Below, piece by piece: positions 25,318-35,000 of a stretch of 39,216 nt of DNA. Below the pieces are notes generated by a model that did no database searches, was not told the origin of the DNA, and saw nothing but the letters and a program-made list of their open reading frames with translations. A program made the translations under genes and the position numbers. Numbering within the stretch: the first letter of the stretch is position 1; each line of letters opens with the position of its first letter. The DNA comes from a virus (Duplodnaviria > Caudoviricetes): the IMG/VR virus record IMGVR_UViG_3300010376_000813, positions 1 through 39,216 of that record. One strand, 5' to 3'.

Positions 25318-26218
25318 TGTGTTGCTGGCATTCTGCTTGCCTTGTGTGGGCCAGAACCCTACCGGCAACGGAGGAACGGGCAAGAACTGGAGCGCGGCGA
25401 CGGGGATTCCGCAACTATTGAGTGGAACTTTCTCTCTCTTCAATACGACCTGTGCTTCTGCGTTGACCTTCTCCGCTGGAGCCTTCGGATGCAACGCCGG
25501 ACCTCTTCCAACCGGAAGCGGCACCACGAATTTCACTGCCCGCTGGACATCCTCATCAGCCCTCGGCATCGGAGCTATTCAGGATAACGGAACTCACGTA
25601 GGCATCAACATCGCTCCCAACGCTTCCTATGATTTGAATCTCAACGCAAGCATGGCGATCGGCCCTGCGACGGAAATGACTTTCTCGACCAATACGATTA
25701 CGGAGACCGTCTCGTCGCCGCTCACCATAAAAGCCAGCCTCGGGACGTTGAATCTCGATTCAACGAATGGAGATATATCGATAGCGGCAGGATCGGGTCA
25801 TAATCTTTTAGGGGAGGGTGCTGGTGATATCAGCGTTACCAATGGCAGCACAATGGGCATTCTCACGGGCTCTCTTACTAACTACGGTCTGGCCGCAGGA
25901 GTCCAGGTCAGCGACGGCTCGAACAACGTCTTCTGCATCCCTTCGGTCACCAGCGGATTCCCTGCCGGTTGCTACTTCTTCCCGGCAGCATCGACCGGAA
26001 CGCACATCCTTGACGCAGGAAGCACGCTCTATGTATCTCTCGACACATCAAGTCTTGTCACCAATAGCCCAGATTTGAAGTTTCCCGACGTGGCCAGCGG
26101 AACCTTTGGCGTCATCACCGCATTCTCGACAGGCCACGCGCTATGCGAGAAGACCGACCACTCCATCGGTCACTGCACGACCGTCGTAAGCGCAACGGGA
26201 ACCTGCACCTGTACGTAA
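25298..26218 (+). CDS. Signal-peptide-bearing fibre-like protein
   Basis: GGAGG SD before ATG 25298; MRFTVFSVLLAFCLPCVG|Q; GSGTTNFTARWTSSSALG..IQDNGTHVGINIAP fibre motif; 8 Cys in the predicted mature part. Confidence 0.7.
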   Translation: MRFTVFSVLLAFCLPCVGQNPTGNGGTGKNWSAATGIPQLLSGTFSLFNTTCASALTFSAGAFGCNAGPLPTGSGTTNFTARWTSSSALGIGAIQDNGTHVGINIAPNASYDLNLNASMAIGPATEMTFSTNTITETVSSPLTIKASLGTLNLDSTNGDISIAAGSGHNLLGEGAGDISVTNGSTMGILTGSLTNYGLAAGVQVSDGSNNVFCIPSVTSGFPAGCYFFPAASTGTHILDAGSTLYVSLDTSSLVTNSPDLKFPDVASGTFGVITAFSTGHALCEKTDHSIGHCTTVVSATGTCTCT

Positions 26219-26228
26219 AGGAGGCTTT

Positions 26229-26675
26229 ATGCTCAAGATCATACTCATGCTTGCAGTCCAGCTCGGGACTCCATTTGCTTACTCCGGACCAAACCAGAGT
26301 GCCGTCAGCGATACGTTTGCAGCGGTGGATTATTACGTCAACTACCCGCTCAAAAACCAGATGGTTATCACCATCGACTATGGGACGGCGACCACGGCAA
26401 CCGGTAACACTTCCGTGTTTACCCATGACCCCTCTAGGCAAATTCACTGGCTGATGAACTGGCAGACGCTTACGTGGACTGCGGTCAGTGGGAACATTAG
26501 CCAAACAGGTACCATCTCGGCAGCCGACATCACGGCACTTCAGACGGCTCAGGCCTCCGGGCAAATTGCGATCTATAACGAACTGGAAACTCTGGCCGTA
26601 CAGTATGGGATTCTGGGAACCGGCACGACTATCTTCCCCTGGACAGCGCAACCGACTCCGACGAATTTCAAATAG
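26229..26675 (+). CDS. Hypothetical protein with probable signal peptide
   Basis: GGAGG SD; MLKIILMLAVQLGTPFA N-terminus; follows the fibre-like gene. Confidence 0.65.
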   Translation: MLKIILMLAVQLGTPFAYSGPNQSAVSDTFAAVDYYVNYPLKNQMVITIDYGTATTATGNTSVFTHDPSRQIHWLMNWQTLTWTAVSGNISQTGTISAADITALQTAQASGQIAIYNELETLAVQYGILGTGTTIFPWTAQPTPTNFK

Positions 26676-26719
26676 CAATTCGCCAATGAAATAACCTTTG
26701 GTAGTACGATGGAGGGCAT

Positions 26720-26755
26720 ATGGGCGGATTCCTAAGCGCAATATTCGGCGGCTCA
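26720..26755 (+). pseudogene. Orphaned duplicate 5' end of gene 26779-27300
   Basis: GGAGG + ATG encoding MGGFLSAIFGGS, versus MGGFLASIFGGS at 26779; out of frame, stops at 26825-26827. Confidence 0.8.
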
Positions 26756-26778
26756 TTCGTATCAAAGCGAGGTCATTT

Positions 26779-27300
26779 ATGGGTGGCTTTTTGGCGAGTA
26801 TCTTTGGAGGAAGCAATCCTACCCTGAATCAAGATATCTCGAAGATCGGCAAACTCAGCGACTTCTCGACTAACGCTGGCGAGCAGGGGACAACTGCGGC
26901 CCTGAACTACGATCTCGGCCTGCTCTCGGGCGACCCGACCAAAGTTGCCGAGACTCTCGCTCCCGAGACTCAGCAGGCTCAGCAACAAGCCCAACAGGGT
27001 AAGAACACGATCGCTCAGTTCTCGAATCGCGGGGGAGGGTCGAATGCGGTTATGAACTCGCTCGACGACGCGACCCGCGCCAAGCTCTTGTCGCTGACCG
27101 GGGGATTGCGACAAGGGGCTGCGGGCCAAGCTGGGCAACTCGGTACTGCGAATCTCGGCTTGGCCCAAAACGCTACGATGGATCAGTCGAAGCTGGCGCA
27201 GGAGCGATTCCAGAACTGGATGAATTCTATTCTCGGTAAGGGCATAACCGATATCTCTAAGACGGCTCTCAATGCGGGTGAAGCCGGGTTAGGATTGTGA
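26779..27300 (+). CDS. Putative ejection (internal virion) protein, P22 gp7-like position
   Basis: Gly/Ala/Gln-rich; amphipathic MGGFLASIFGG N-terminus; GAGG SD before ATG 26779. Confidence 0.6.
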   Translation: MGGFLASIFGGSNPTLNQDISKIGKLSDFSTNAGEQGTTAALNYDLGLLSGDPTKVAETLAPETQQAQQQAQQGKNTIAQFSNRGGGSNAVMNSLDDATRAKLLSLTGGLRQGAAGQAGQLGTANLGLAQNATMDQSKLAQERFQNWMNSILGKGITDISKTALNAGEAGLGL

Positions 27301-27301
27301 C

Positions 27302-29119
27302 ATGGGCGGCGTAAGTCAGGCATGGGCGGAAGCTGGGCAACAGGCTGAGGAACGCAGGCAGCAGCGGAATGCGATTCAGGAACAACAGCGCGTTCAGCAG
27401 CAGAACACCGTCGGCGCGCAGCTTCTCGACGCGATCAACCAATCCTCCAACATCAAGCCAACGATGAAGGATGAGCAGGGGAATGTTGTCGATAACCCTG
27501 CCTATGCGCAAGCCCAGATCGATCGCCGCAATCTGCTCGCCCAATACACCGCCCTCAACTCTCCCGAACAGCACGCCTCCTTCGGGCAGCGCCTTCACGG
27601 ATTGATCTTCGGCCACCCCACCGATCAGAAACGCGAGCCAGCCCTCAGCCCCGCAGGAGCCGAGACTCCCCAACCTCCAGCCGCAGCATCCCTAATGGCC
27701 CCCAACGCTGCTCCTCCCGCTCCTCAGCACCCGATGGCCGCTCCCAATCCCGAGACCGAAGCGCTGCTCGCGAAGGGTCAGGGGTTCATGGATAAGCTGA
27801 AGAATCACATGGCGGCTTTCGCACATCCTCTCCCCGCTCAGCCGAAGCCCGATGTCGCGACGATTGCGAAGTATTATCGTGATCCAAGTGAGGTTCAATT
27901 CCAACGCAATCTAGAAATGTGGGGACTGCGGGGACAGACCGCAGAGGATGTCGCGCGTATTCGCTCGAACTATGCCCTTCTCAACACGCCGGAGAAAATG
28001 CGCTTGGACTCTGGCGCTCGCGCTCTTGGCTACGACGGCTTCATGAATACGCCGCCCGATATTCAAGACTCACTCCTCAAGCAATACAAGAGTGCAACCA
28101 CTCTCCCCACATGGAAAGCAACAGAAGAAGGCAACGACATCTACGCTGTTGATGCTCACGATCCCTCAAAACGTCAGTTGATCGGGCACAAGGACGACAC
28201 AACGCAGCATCTCGTCTACAAGACCATGACGATGCCGGATGGAACAGAGTATGAAGTTCCCTTCGTTGAATGGACAAAGAAAGGAAGTTCTACACCACCA
28301 ATCACGACACAGGCGTCTCCTGCAGATGTAAAGCGCTTGGCGGGTCAGACGGCTGCTCCTTCTCCGGCATCATCTGCAACTCCTGCCATCCCCTCAACCA
28401 CTCCAGCAGGAGTTAGCGGTACTTCAAGCCCAGAGCCAATTACCAGCGTGGTACCTCCTGCGCTCGCGCAAACCAACGCACAGATCGCGACAGCCAATGC
28501 AACATCGAAGAAGCTCAACAAAGGAAAGCCTTCTCCTGCGTCTGCCAAAACTCCCCTCCCTCCCGGCGTCCCCAAGGGCGCGATTCCGTTCGGCGCGAAA
28601 GAAAGCCCTGAAGCCAAGGCAGATCAGGCTGCTTATACAAAGGCGCTCGAAGACTCTCAACAAAAACAGGCAGCTTTCCAGAATGCTCAAGGACTGCTAG
28701 ACGACAAAAATCGCAAAACCGATCTCGAACTGATCTACGCCTGGGTCCGCTCAAACGTTCAAGGCGCAGGCCGTATGACCAATGCGGAGATTCAGCAAGC
28801 TGCAACCGCTGGATCATGGGGCACGCGAATCCAGAATTACTTCAGCATTGCTTCAACTGGCCGCTTATCTCCTGAGATCGAACAGGAGTTCATGACCGAG
28901 ATCAAGCGGGCAAACGACACAGCCCAAAGTCAGGTAGCGACTCTCAAGACGCAGCTTCAGCAGGATCTCAATCCAAGTTCTCGAAATGCCCCCGCTGCGC
29001 CGGGGGCATGGAAGCCTCCAGCAGACGCGCCTGCCCCTACTAAAGTCGGTCAAGTCCTCAAGGTTGATGGAAATGTAATTGCGAGGTCTGCCGATGGCAA
29101 AACATGGAGCCAACCCTGA
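27302..29119 (+). CDS. Putative ejection/DNA-transfer protein
   Basis: 605 aa; Gln/Ala/Pro-rich helical with long disordered linkers; second of three successive genes. Confidence 0.55.
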   Translation: MGGVSQAWAEAGQQAEERRQQRNAIQEQQRVQQQNTVGAQLLDAINQSSNIKPTMKDEQGNVVDNPAYAQAQIDRRNLLAQYTALNSPEQHASFGQRLHGLIFGHPTDQKREPALSPAGAETPQPPAAASLMAPNAAPPAPQHPMAAPNPETEALLAKGQGFMDKLKNHMAAFAHPLPAQPKPDVATIAKYYRDPSEVQFQRNLEMWGLRGQTAEDVARIRSNYALLNTPEKMRLDSGARALGYDGFMNTPPDIQDSLLKQYKSATTLPTWKATEEGNDIYAVDAHDPSKRQLIGHKDDTTQHLVYKTMTMPDGTEYEVPFVEWTKKGSSTPPITTQASPADVKRLAGQTAAPSPASSATPAIPSTTPAGVSGTSSPEPITSVVPPALAQTNAQIATANATSKKLNKGKPSPASAKTPLPPGVPKGAIPFGAKESPEAKADQAAYTKALEDSQQKQAAFQNAQGLLDDKNRKTDLELIYAWVRSNVQGAGRMTNAEIQQAATAGSWGTRIQNYFSIASTGRLSPEIEQEFMTEIKRANDTAQSQVATLKTQLQQDLNPSSRNAPAAPGAWKPPADAPAPTKVGQVLKVDGNVIARSADGKTWSQP

Positions 29120-31005
29120 TGCCGACTAAATACACAGTCGAAGACGCTCCAGCCAAGACATCGCAGTATACAGTTGAGGATGCGCCTGCGGCTCAGCCAC
29201 CTCCTCCTGCTCCGCTCGCCCGTACATTCGGCAACTACGCAGGAGAGTTATTCGGCGGAATTGGTCACGGACTCGTCAACATGGGACAGGGACTTTATCA
29301 GACTTTTACCTCTCCCCGCGCTACCGCTCAGGCCGTTGCCGATCAAGCCGACATTGCCCAACAGGAAGCATGGAAGGACTACAACGCGAAGAAGAACATC
29401 GTCCCGAAATGGATGGCAGCTACATCAGGGCTTCTCACTGGGCTTGAGAATGCTCCTATTGTCGGCGGCGCAGTTCAGAAAGCCGAGACTGGAGGAATTG
29501 CGTCTCCTGAATCAGTCGGTGCAGCGGGAGAACTTGGCACTTACGCCATCGCTCCAGAGATGGTGAAGAAGGCTCCTGCGGTGCTAAAAAAAGGCGCTCA
29601 AATACTATCGAACACTACTCCTCGAATCTCTGAAGAATTGGCCGCAGACACCGCCAAGAAGAATGCTGAAGTGTCTACAAAGAACGCTGAGATTCAGGCA
29701 AAGGCTGACGCTGCACGCAAAGCCCAAATTGAGCAGCATTTCGAAAAGCGCCAACAGGTCCGCGCACAGAATGAGGCAACTCAAGCAGCACAATCGCGTA
29801 AAGCCGCATTGGAGCGCGGCGTCGAGCAACTCGATCCGAAATTTCAAGACGATCTGAAAGCAACTGAGAAAAATGTTCGTGCTCAGGCTAATCAAAAGTA
29901 CGATGCTGTTCGCAAAGCAACTGCAGGAGAGACAGTTCCTTCGGCTTCTCTTGCTGAAGCCGTCAAGACAGCGGAAGAAAAGATCGCAGGCTCAAGCGAG
30001 AACCTCAAAATATTTCGCGACATCCTCTCTAAGCATCCTGAAGGCGAGCCGGAAGCGATTGAATATCAAGGCGCGCAAATCCCAAAAGGCCATCCTCTCT
30101 ATGAGGTGCTGAAAGAGGGATCAGAAGCAGCAACCAAGCCTGCAACTTTCAATGACCTTCAAGGCTATTATTCTGAATTAGGCGACAAACTCTCGACCGG
30201 CAATCTTCCCGGCGATGTCTATCAAGCAATGAAGTCGCTGCACGATTCCGTTGGTGGGTTGATGCAGCAGATGGCGGAGTCGAAGGGTGTGGGAAATATT
30301 CTCTCTGACGCACAAAATTTTTATCGTCAGTACATGCAGGCATTCCGCGATTCCAAGTCTCCACTCAATAAGGCGATGAAGGCCACAGAGAGGGGCGGCG
30401 CAGTCAAGATGCTTCAAGGGAAGGATCAATCCGGCATCGAGACTCTCGCCCGCTATAACCCTGAACTTGCTCAGCGCGTGAATACTATTCGCGGCTACCA
30501 GGCCGAAGCGAAAGGAATCATCTCTAAGACTGCCGCACCCAAACCCGAACCATCTCTCCCTTCAAAGACACAGCCAAACCTAGAGGAGCCAAAGAAGATC
30601 GGCCTTCAGGATATCTCTGATGCGAAGGCAAAGGCGATCGAGGATCAGGTTAGATTCCTGCGCCGCCGCATGTCCTATCTCTCTGGGGGTTACGGAGCGT
30701 ATCAGATTCTTCATTCAATCATCAGCGGTAATCTATCTGGAACCGTTACTGGAGCAGCTCTGATTGCCGCTCCCTATGTTCTCTCTGAGGCGCTTGATTC
30801 GCCTAAGATCGTTCAAGCCCTGACAAAGCCGACTCCCGCCGACATTGCACAGATTCCGACAGAGCTTCGCGGCAGTGATCTCTCTACTATCGTGAAGGCG
30901 GCGGAGGCGAAGGGAATCAAGGTCCATCCTGCGGTTAAAGCGCTTGCACTTCATGCAGCAGGAGAATGGACAGCGGCAGCGGGAACGACAGCAAAAAAGA
31001 AATGA
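29119..31005 (+). CDS. Putative large ejection/DNA-transfer protein
   Basis: TGATG coupling at 29117-29121; duplicated YTVEDAPA at the N-terminus; Ala/Lys-rich helices; two Gly/Ala-rich hydrophobic regions. Confidence 0.55.
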   Translation: MPTKYTVEDAPAKTSQYTVEDAPAAQPPPPAPLARTFGNYAGELFGGIGHGLVNMGQGLYQTFTSPRATAQAVADQADIAQQEAWKDYNAKKNIVPKWMAATSGLLTGLENAPIVGGAVQKAETGGIASPESVGAAGELGTYAIAPEMVKKAPAVLKKGAQILSNTTPRISEELAADTAKKNAEVSTKNAEIQAKADAARKAQIEQHFEKRQQVRAQNEATQAAQSRKAALERGVEQLDPKFQDDLKATEKNVRAQANQKYDAVRKATAGETVPSASLAEAVKTAEEKIAGSSENLKIFRDILSKHPEGEPEAIEYQGAQIPKGHPLYEVLKEGSEAATKPATFNDLQGYYSELGDKLSTGNLPGDVYQAMKSLHDSVGGLMQQMAESKGVGNILSDAQNFYRQYMQAFRDSKSPLNKAMKATERGGAVKMLQGKDQSGIETLARYNPELAQRVNTIRGYQAEAKGIISKTAAPKPEPSLPSKTQPNLEEPKKIGLQDISDAKAKAIEDQVRFLRRRMSYLSGGYGAYQILHSIISGNLSGTVTGAALIAAPYVLSEALDSPKIVQALTKPTPADIAQIPTELRGSDLSTIVKAAEAKGIKVHPAVKALALHAAGEWTAAAGTTAKKK

Positions 31006-31931
31006 TCCTCACCTCCGAAGACTTCCACAACCACGACTTCTGCCCCCGCTTCCGCCAGTACGACTCCCGCTACGCCCGCCTGCGCATCTCCCTCCCTCGC
31101 GCCCTGTCCGAAACCCTCGATTACGCCATCGCGAAATCCGACCCCTCCCTCGCCCGCCCCTACCTGATGTCCCTCGCCACCAATCCCGGCCTGGACCTAA
31201 CCGCGCGCAACCTCTACCGCATCGTCATCCATCACGCGAGCCTTCTCGAACTCCTCGCAACCTACATCCTCGCGGTCTCAACCGTCACCCAGCCCGAGCC
31301 GATCTCAATGCCTTGGGGCGAATACCGCTCCTGCCCGATCCTGCGCGATGGCCGCCTCCGCCGTATCCTTCTCGTCGATCGCTGGACTGCCGACGCCGAA
31401 GCCCGCGAGAGCTGGTCGTGGCGCACCGCCGCCGAGACCGCGATCACAGGCCGCGCGATGCTTTTGAACATCTTCCTCATCGGGCGCGCGAACGACTCCG
31501 GCATCCGCACCTCACCGTGGACGATGGGCTATAAGCATCCCGTTAATGGAGTGCTCAGGATCAAGCGGCATAATGATGAATATGATCAGAAGCGCGAATT
31601 TAAGGACACCTGGGAGAAGGTCTATCGCGAGAACACCGATCACAAGCCGATGCACTGGCTGGGTATGATGCAATCCGACGACGCCTTCAAGGGATGGATT
31701 CAATCCACCACCATCGACACCCCGCCGAATCGCGCGGAGATTCTCGATCAGCTCGCGGAGAGGGTGCGTGAGATTCACGCTAACCATCCGCGCCAAAACC
31801 GCGCCTCCTGCTTCAAGCTCCGCCCCTGCGCCTTCAACCCCGCCTGCCTTACCGACCAGTCCCCCGCTGCGATGGGCTGGAAAGAAAAGGAGATAGACGT
31901 TCCCCTCGCCTCGATGTTAAGCTGTCCGTAA
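31002..31931 (+). CDS. Cas4/AddB-like (PD-(D/E)XK_1) protein, catalytic motif apparently degenerate
   Basis: N-terminal CPR plus C-terminal C-x5-C-x5-C (CFKLRPCAFNPAC), as in Fe-S staple nucleases. ATGA-coupled start at 31002. Confidence 0.55.
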   Translation: MILTSEDFHNHDFCPRFRQYDSRYARLRISLPRALSETLDYAIAKSDPSLARPYLMSLATNPGLDLTARNLYRIVIHHASLLELLATYILAVSTVTQPEPISMPWGEYRSCPILRDGRLRRILLVDRWTADAEARESWSWRTAAETAITGRAMLLNIFLIGRANDSGIRTSPWTMGYKHPVNGVLRIKRHNDEYDQKREFKDTWEKVYRENTDHKPMHWLGMMQSDDAFKGWIQSTTIDTPPNRAEILDQLAERVREIHANHPRQNRASCFKLRPCAFNPACLTDQSPAAMGWKEKEIDVPLASMLSCP

Positions 31932-32009
31932 CTATCATGAATTGAGATTCTCCGCCGCTCCACCGGGAGATCCGGCGAATGGCTCATGACTTCGGTCATG
32001 GGCCTTTTT
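31881..32009 (+). promoter_or_regulatory. Putative late promoter and structured leader (copy 2) ahead of the fibre operon
   Basis: AAAGAAAA 31881, TAGACG 31894, TGnTAAGCT 31915-31923, GAGATTCT 31944, bulged hairpin 31953-31977, terminator 31981-32009. Confidence 0.65.
31981..32009 (+). terminator. Intrinsic terminator with cUUCGg tetraloop
   Basis: GGCTCATGAC-TTCG-GTCATGGGCC followed by T5. Confidence 0.88.
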
Positions 32010-32029
32010 GCGTTTGGGAGGAATTGAAG

Positions 32030-35000
32030 ATGAAGTGGATAAACCGAATTCTGCTGACTTTCCTCCTGCTCTCTCCTCTTACGGCTCTCGGCCAGACGGA
32101 CGGATTCAATGGCTTCTGCACTACCGGCAATGTGAAAGTTACGACCTCAGGGCTGACCTCCACAACTACGGTTCAGCAATCCTATCCAAAGTGTACGGTG
32201 ACGGTTTATCTCACCGGCACGCTGACCAAAGCGACCATCTTCAAGGACGCGCTCGGTACTGCGCTCGGCAATCCTTTCACCGCCAACACCGACGGCTCAT
32301 GGCTGTTCTTCGCCGCCGATAACCAAGGCTTCGATGTAACGATGAGCGGAGGAGTTGCGCCAAATGTCTTCGCGATTCCCTTTACCCTGACCGATCTCAA
32401 GGTGGGCTCAGGAGGAGGTACGACTGCTGGTTGTCAGGGCACTCTTCCCGGCGACAATACCTCCACAAATTGCGGCTTCGGGAACCTCGTGGCCAACACC
32501 ACTACTCCCCCGGCCAACACAAGCAGCTTCGGCTATTCGTCGATCGACACGAACGCCTCGACAAACATCGTTGCGGTCGGGAATACTAACGCGAACAATA
32601 TCAGCACGTTCTCAGGCGACGTGGTAGCGATTGGCGACAACAATGCTCACTACCTCACTGGAGCGGGGACTGATGTTGCTGTCGGATATATCAACTTCGT
32701 CGGGACAGTTTCGAACCCCTGCCGCCTTTTCAACGTAGTCGCGGTGGGGCAGCAGAACATCAATCCTTGCCCACAGGGGACTGCAGGTGCGAATACCGGA
32801 GATATCGTAGCGGTAGGCGATAACAACTTCTCGTTCAACGGAGTCACGGAGCCCAGTTACCGGCTGGGAAATGTGGTCGCTGTCGGAGACAACAATTTCA
32901 TCCCTGCCACTACCAGCAATGCCATCGGTGCGATTGACACTCTGTGCATGGGCAACAATTCCTGCGCGAACATCAGGGCAACGCTGAATACAGATCTTGT
33001 CGGGATCGGAGACGCATCGCTGACCGGATATGCCGGGAATTCTTCGAATACAACTCCGTGGAATGACATCGTTGCCATCGGAGACGCCTCGGGAATTAAT
33101 CTGCCAAATACTGCCGGATTCATTGTCGGCATCGGCCTTTCCTCTGCTGTCGGCTGTCAGTCAGGCAACTCCAGTTGTACTCCCGGCTCGGCCACAATGC
33201 AGTACATCGTCGGCATCGGAGAAAGCTCCGGCGTGAACCTCCAGGGAACCGACGTTGTGGCTATCGGCGACAGCGCAATGACGGGATTCTTCGCTTTGTC
33301 GAACCCGACTCCCTTCACCGGCCACGACGCGATTGCGATTGGCAACCATGCCTGCACCTCTCTGACGACCGGAACAGACAACATCTGCATCGGCGACTAT
33401 GCCGGGTCAATTGGCTATGACGGAGTAAGCACCAATGGGAATGCGAATAAGACCGGCATCCGCAACGTCTGGATCGGCGACACTGCGGGGCCAAACACAA
33501 CCTCCCAGTTAAACAACACCATCGCCATCGGATACCAAGCATACGTCACTGCCTCGAACCAGATCACTCTTGGCAACTCCTCGAATACCCTGACGATCCC
33601 AGGACTTGCAGGCGTAGGCACCTATTGCCTCAAGGTGGACACGAGCGGCAACGTCACCAACACCGGAGCAGCTTGCGCAACTGCATCCTCTCCGCTGACC
33701 ACCAAAGGCGATATCTGGGTTTACTCATCGGTCGATACCAGACTGCCAGTAGGAACGAATGGACAGGTTCTCAGCGCTAATTCTGCTCAGACTACAGGGC
33801 TTCAGTGGATCTCCGCGTTGACAAATCCCATGACCACTCTAGGCGACATTATCTACGGCGGAGCGGCAGGCGCGGCAACAAGACTGGCAGGCAATACCAC
33901 TGCCTCAACTCTCTGCCTCGTACAGACTGGCACTGGATCAATCTCCGCTGCTCCTTCATGGTCATCCTGCGCAGGCTCAACCTCGACTGCTCTCTCTTCA
34001 GTCAGCGCAGCCTCGACTAACGCGACGATCGCGAACGGGAATAATCCCATCGTATGGAACTGGGCGCAGACTACCAACTCTCAGACTGCGTTCACATTCG
34101 GCGAGACCTCCGCTGCTACGGGGACTAGCGATATCGAGCTAGCAGTTACGACCGCTACTGGCTCAACCGCCATTCCAGTCGTTATCACGGAATCGCTCAA
34201 CTCTGCTCAGACTATTCCGGCGCTCGAAGTTCTCCCGACATGGAATACAACTGGGGTGGTGGATGCGGCGATCCTCGTCAATGCGACTAACACCGCATCA
34301 GGCGCGGCGTCAAAGCTGCTCGACCTTCAAGTCGGAGGGTCATCGAAGTTCTCAGTAGACAAGTCCGGCAATGTCCTTCAGGCAGGAACGCTGAACTCAA
34401 CCTCCGTCGGTGGAATCACTGTCAGCGGAACTCCCTCTGCGAATCAAGTCCTAACCGCGACTTCATCGAGCGCCGCGAATTGGCAAGCGCCGCCGGTTAC
34501 GTCGGTATCAAACTCCGACTCGACGCTCACGATCTCGCCCACCACCGGAGCGGTAGTCGCCTCAATCAACCTCGCTCACGGCAACACATGGTCAGCAACG
34601 CAGACTTTCAACTCCGTCACCCTAAGCTCGATCACCGGCTCCACGCAATGCCTTCAGGTCAACGCGTCGGGAGCGGTGAGCGGAACCGGAGCGGTCTGCG
34701 GATCGGGCGGAGGCGGAGCAACCGCATGGAGCAGCCTTACCAACCCCACGACCGCGCTCACCCTGTCAATGGCCGCGAACTCCTCGACCTTCACCTACAA
34801 CGCCGCAACCGGCGCCGGAGACCTCTACAAACTCACCGACACCACCGGGAATACCGGGACGGGGAGAATCCTCCGAGTCACCACGGCCTCGGGATCGACC
34901 GAGAATCCCTTCCAGGCTGATGCGAATGGGGTGGGATGGCAAGTCACCTCCAGCGGAACTCTTCAGACGGTGGGCTTCACCGGAGCTGGAGAATTAGTTC

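Noticed and set aside
27302-31005. Tape measure protein
   Set aside because: No tail tube or assembly-chaperone genes are present, and three successive helical genes after a nozzle fit podoviral ejection proteins better.
31002-31931. CRISPR-Cas locus
   Set aside because: No repeat-spacer array or other cas genes were seen anywhere in the window.
31979-32029. ORF-track start of the fibre at 31979
   Set aside because: It lies within the terminator hairpin; GGAGG supports ATG 32030, which exposes the signal peptide.
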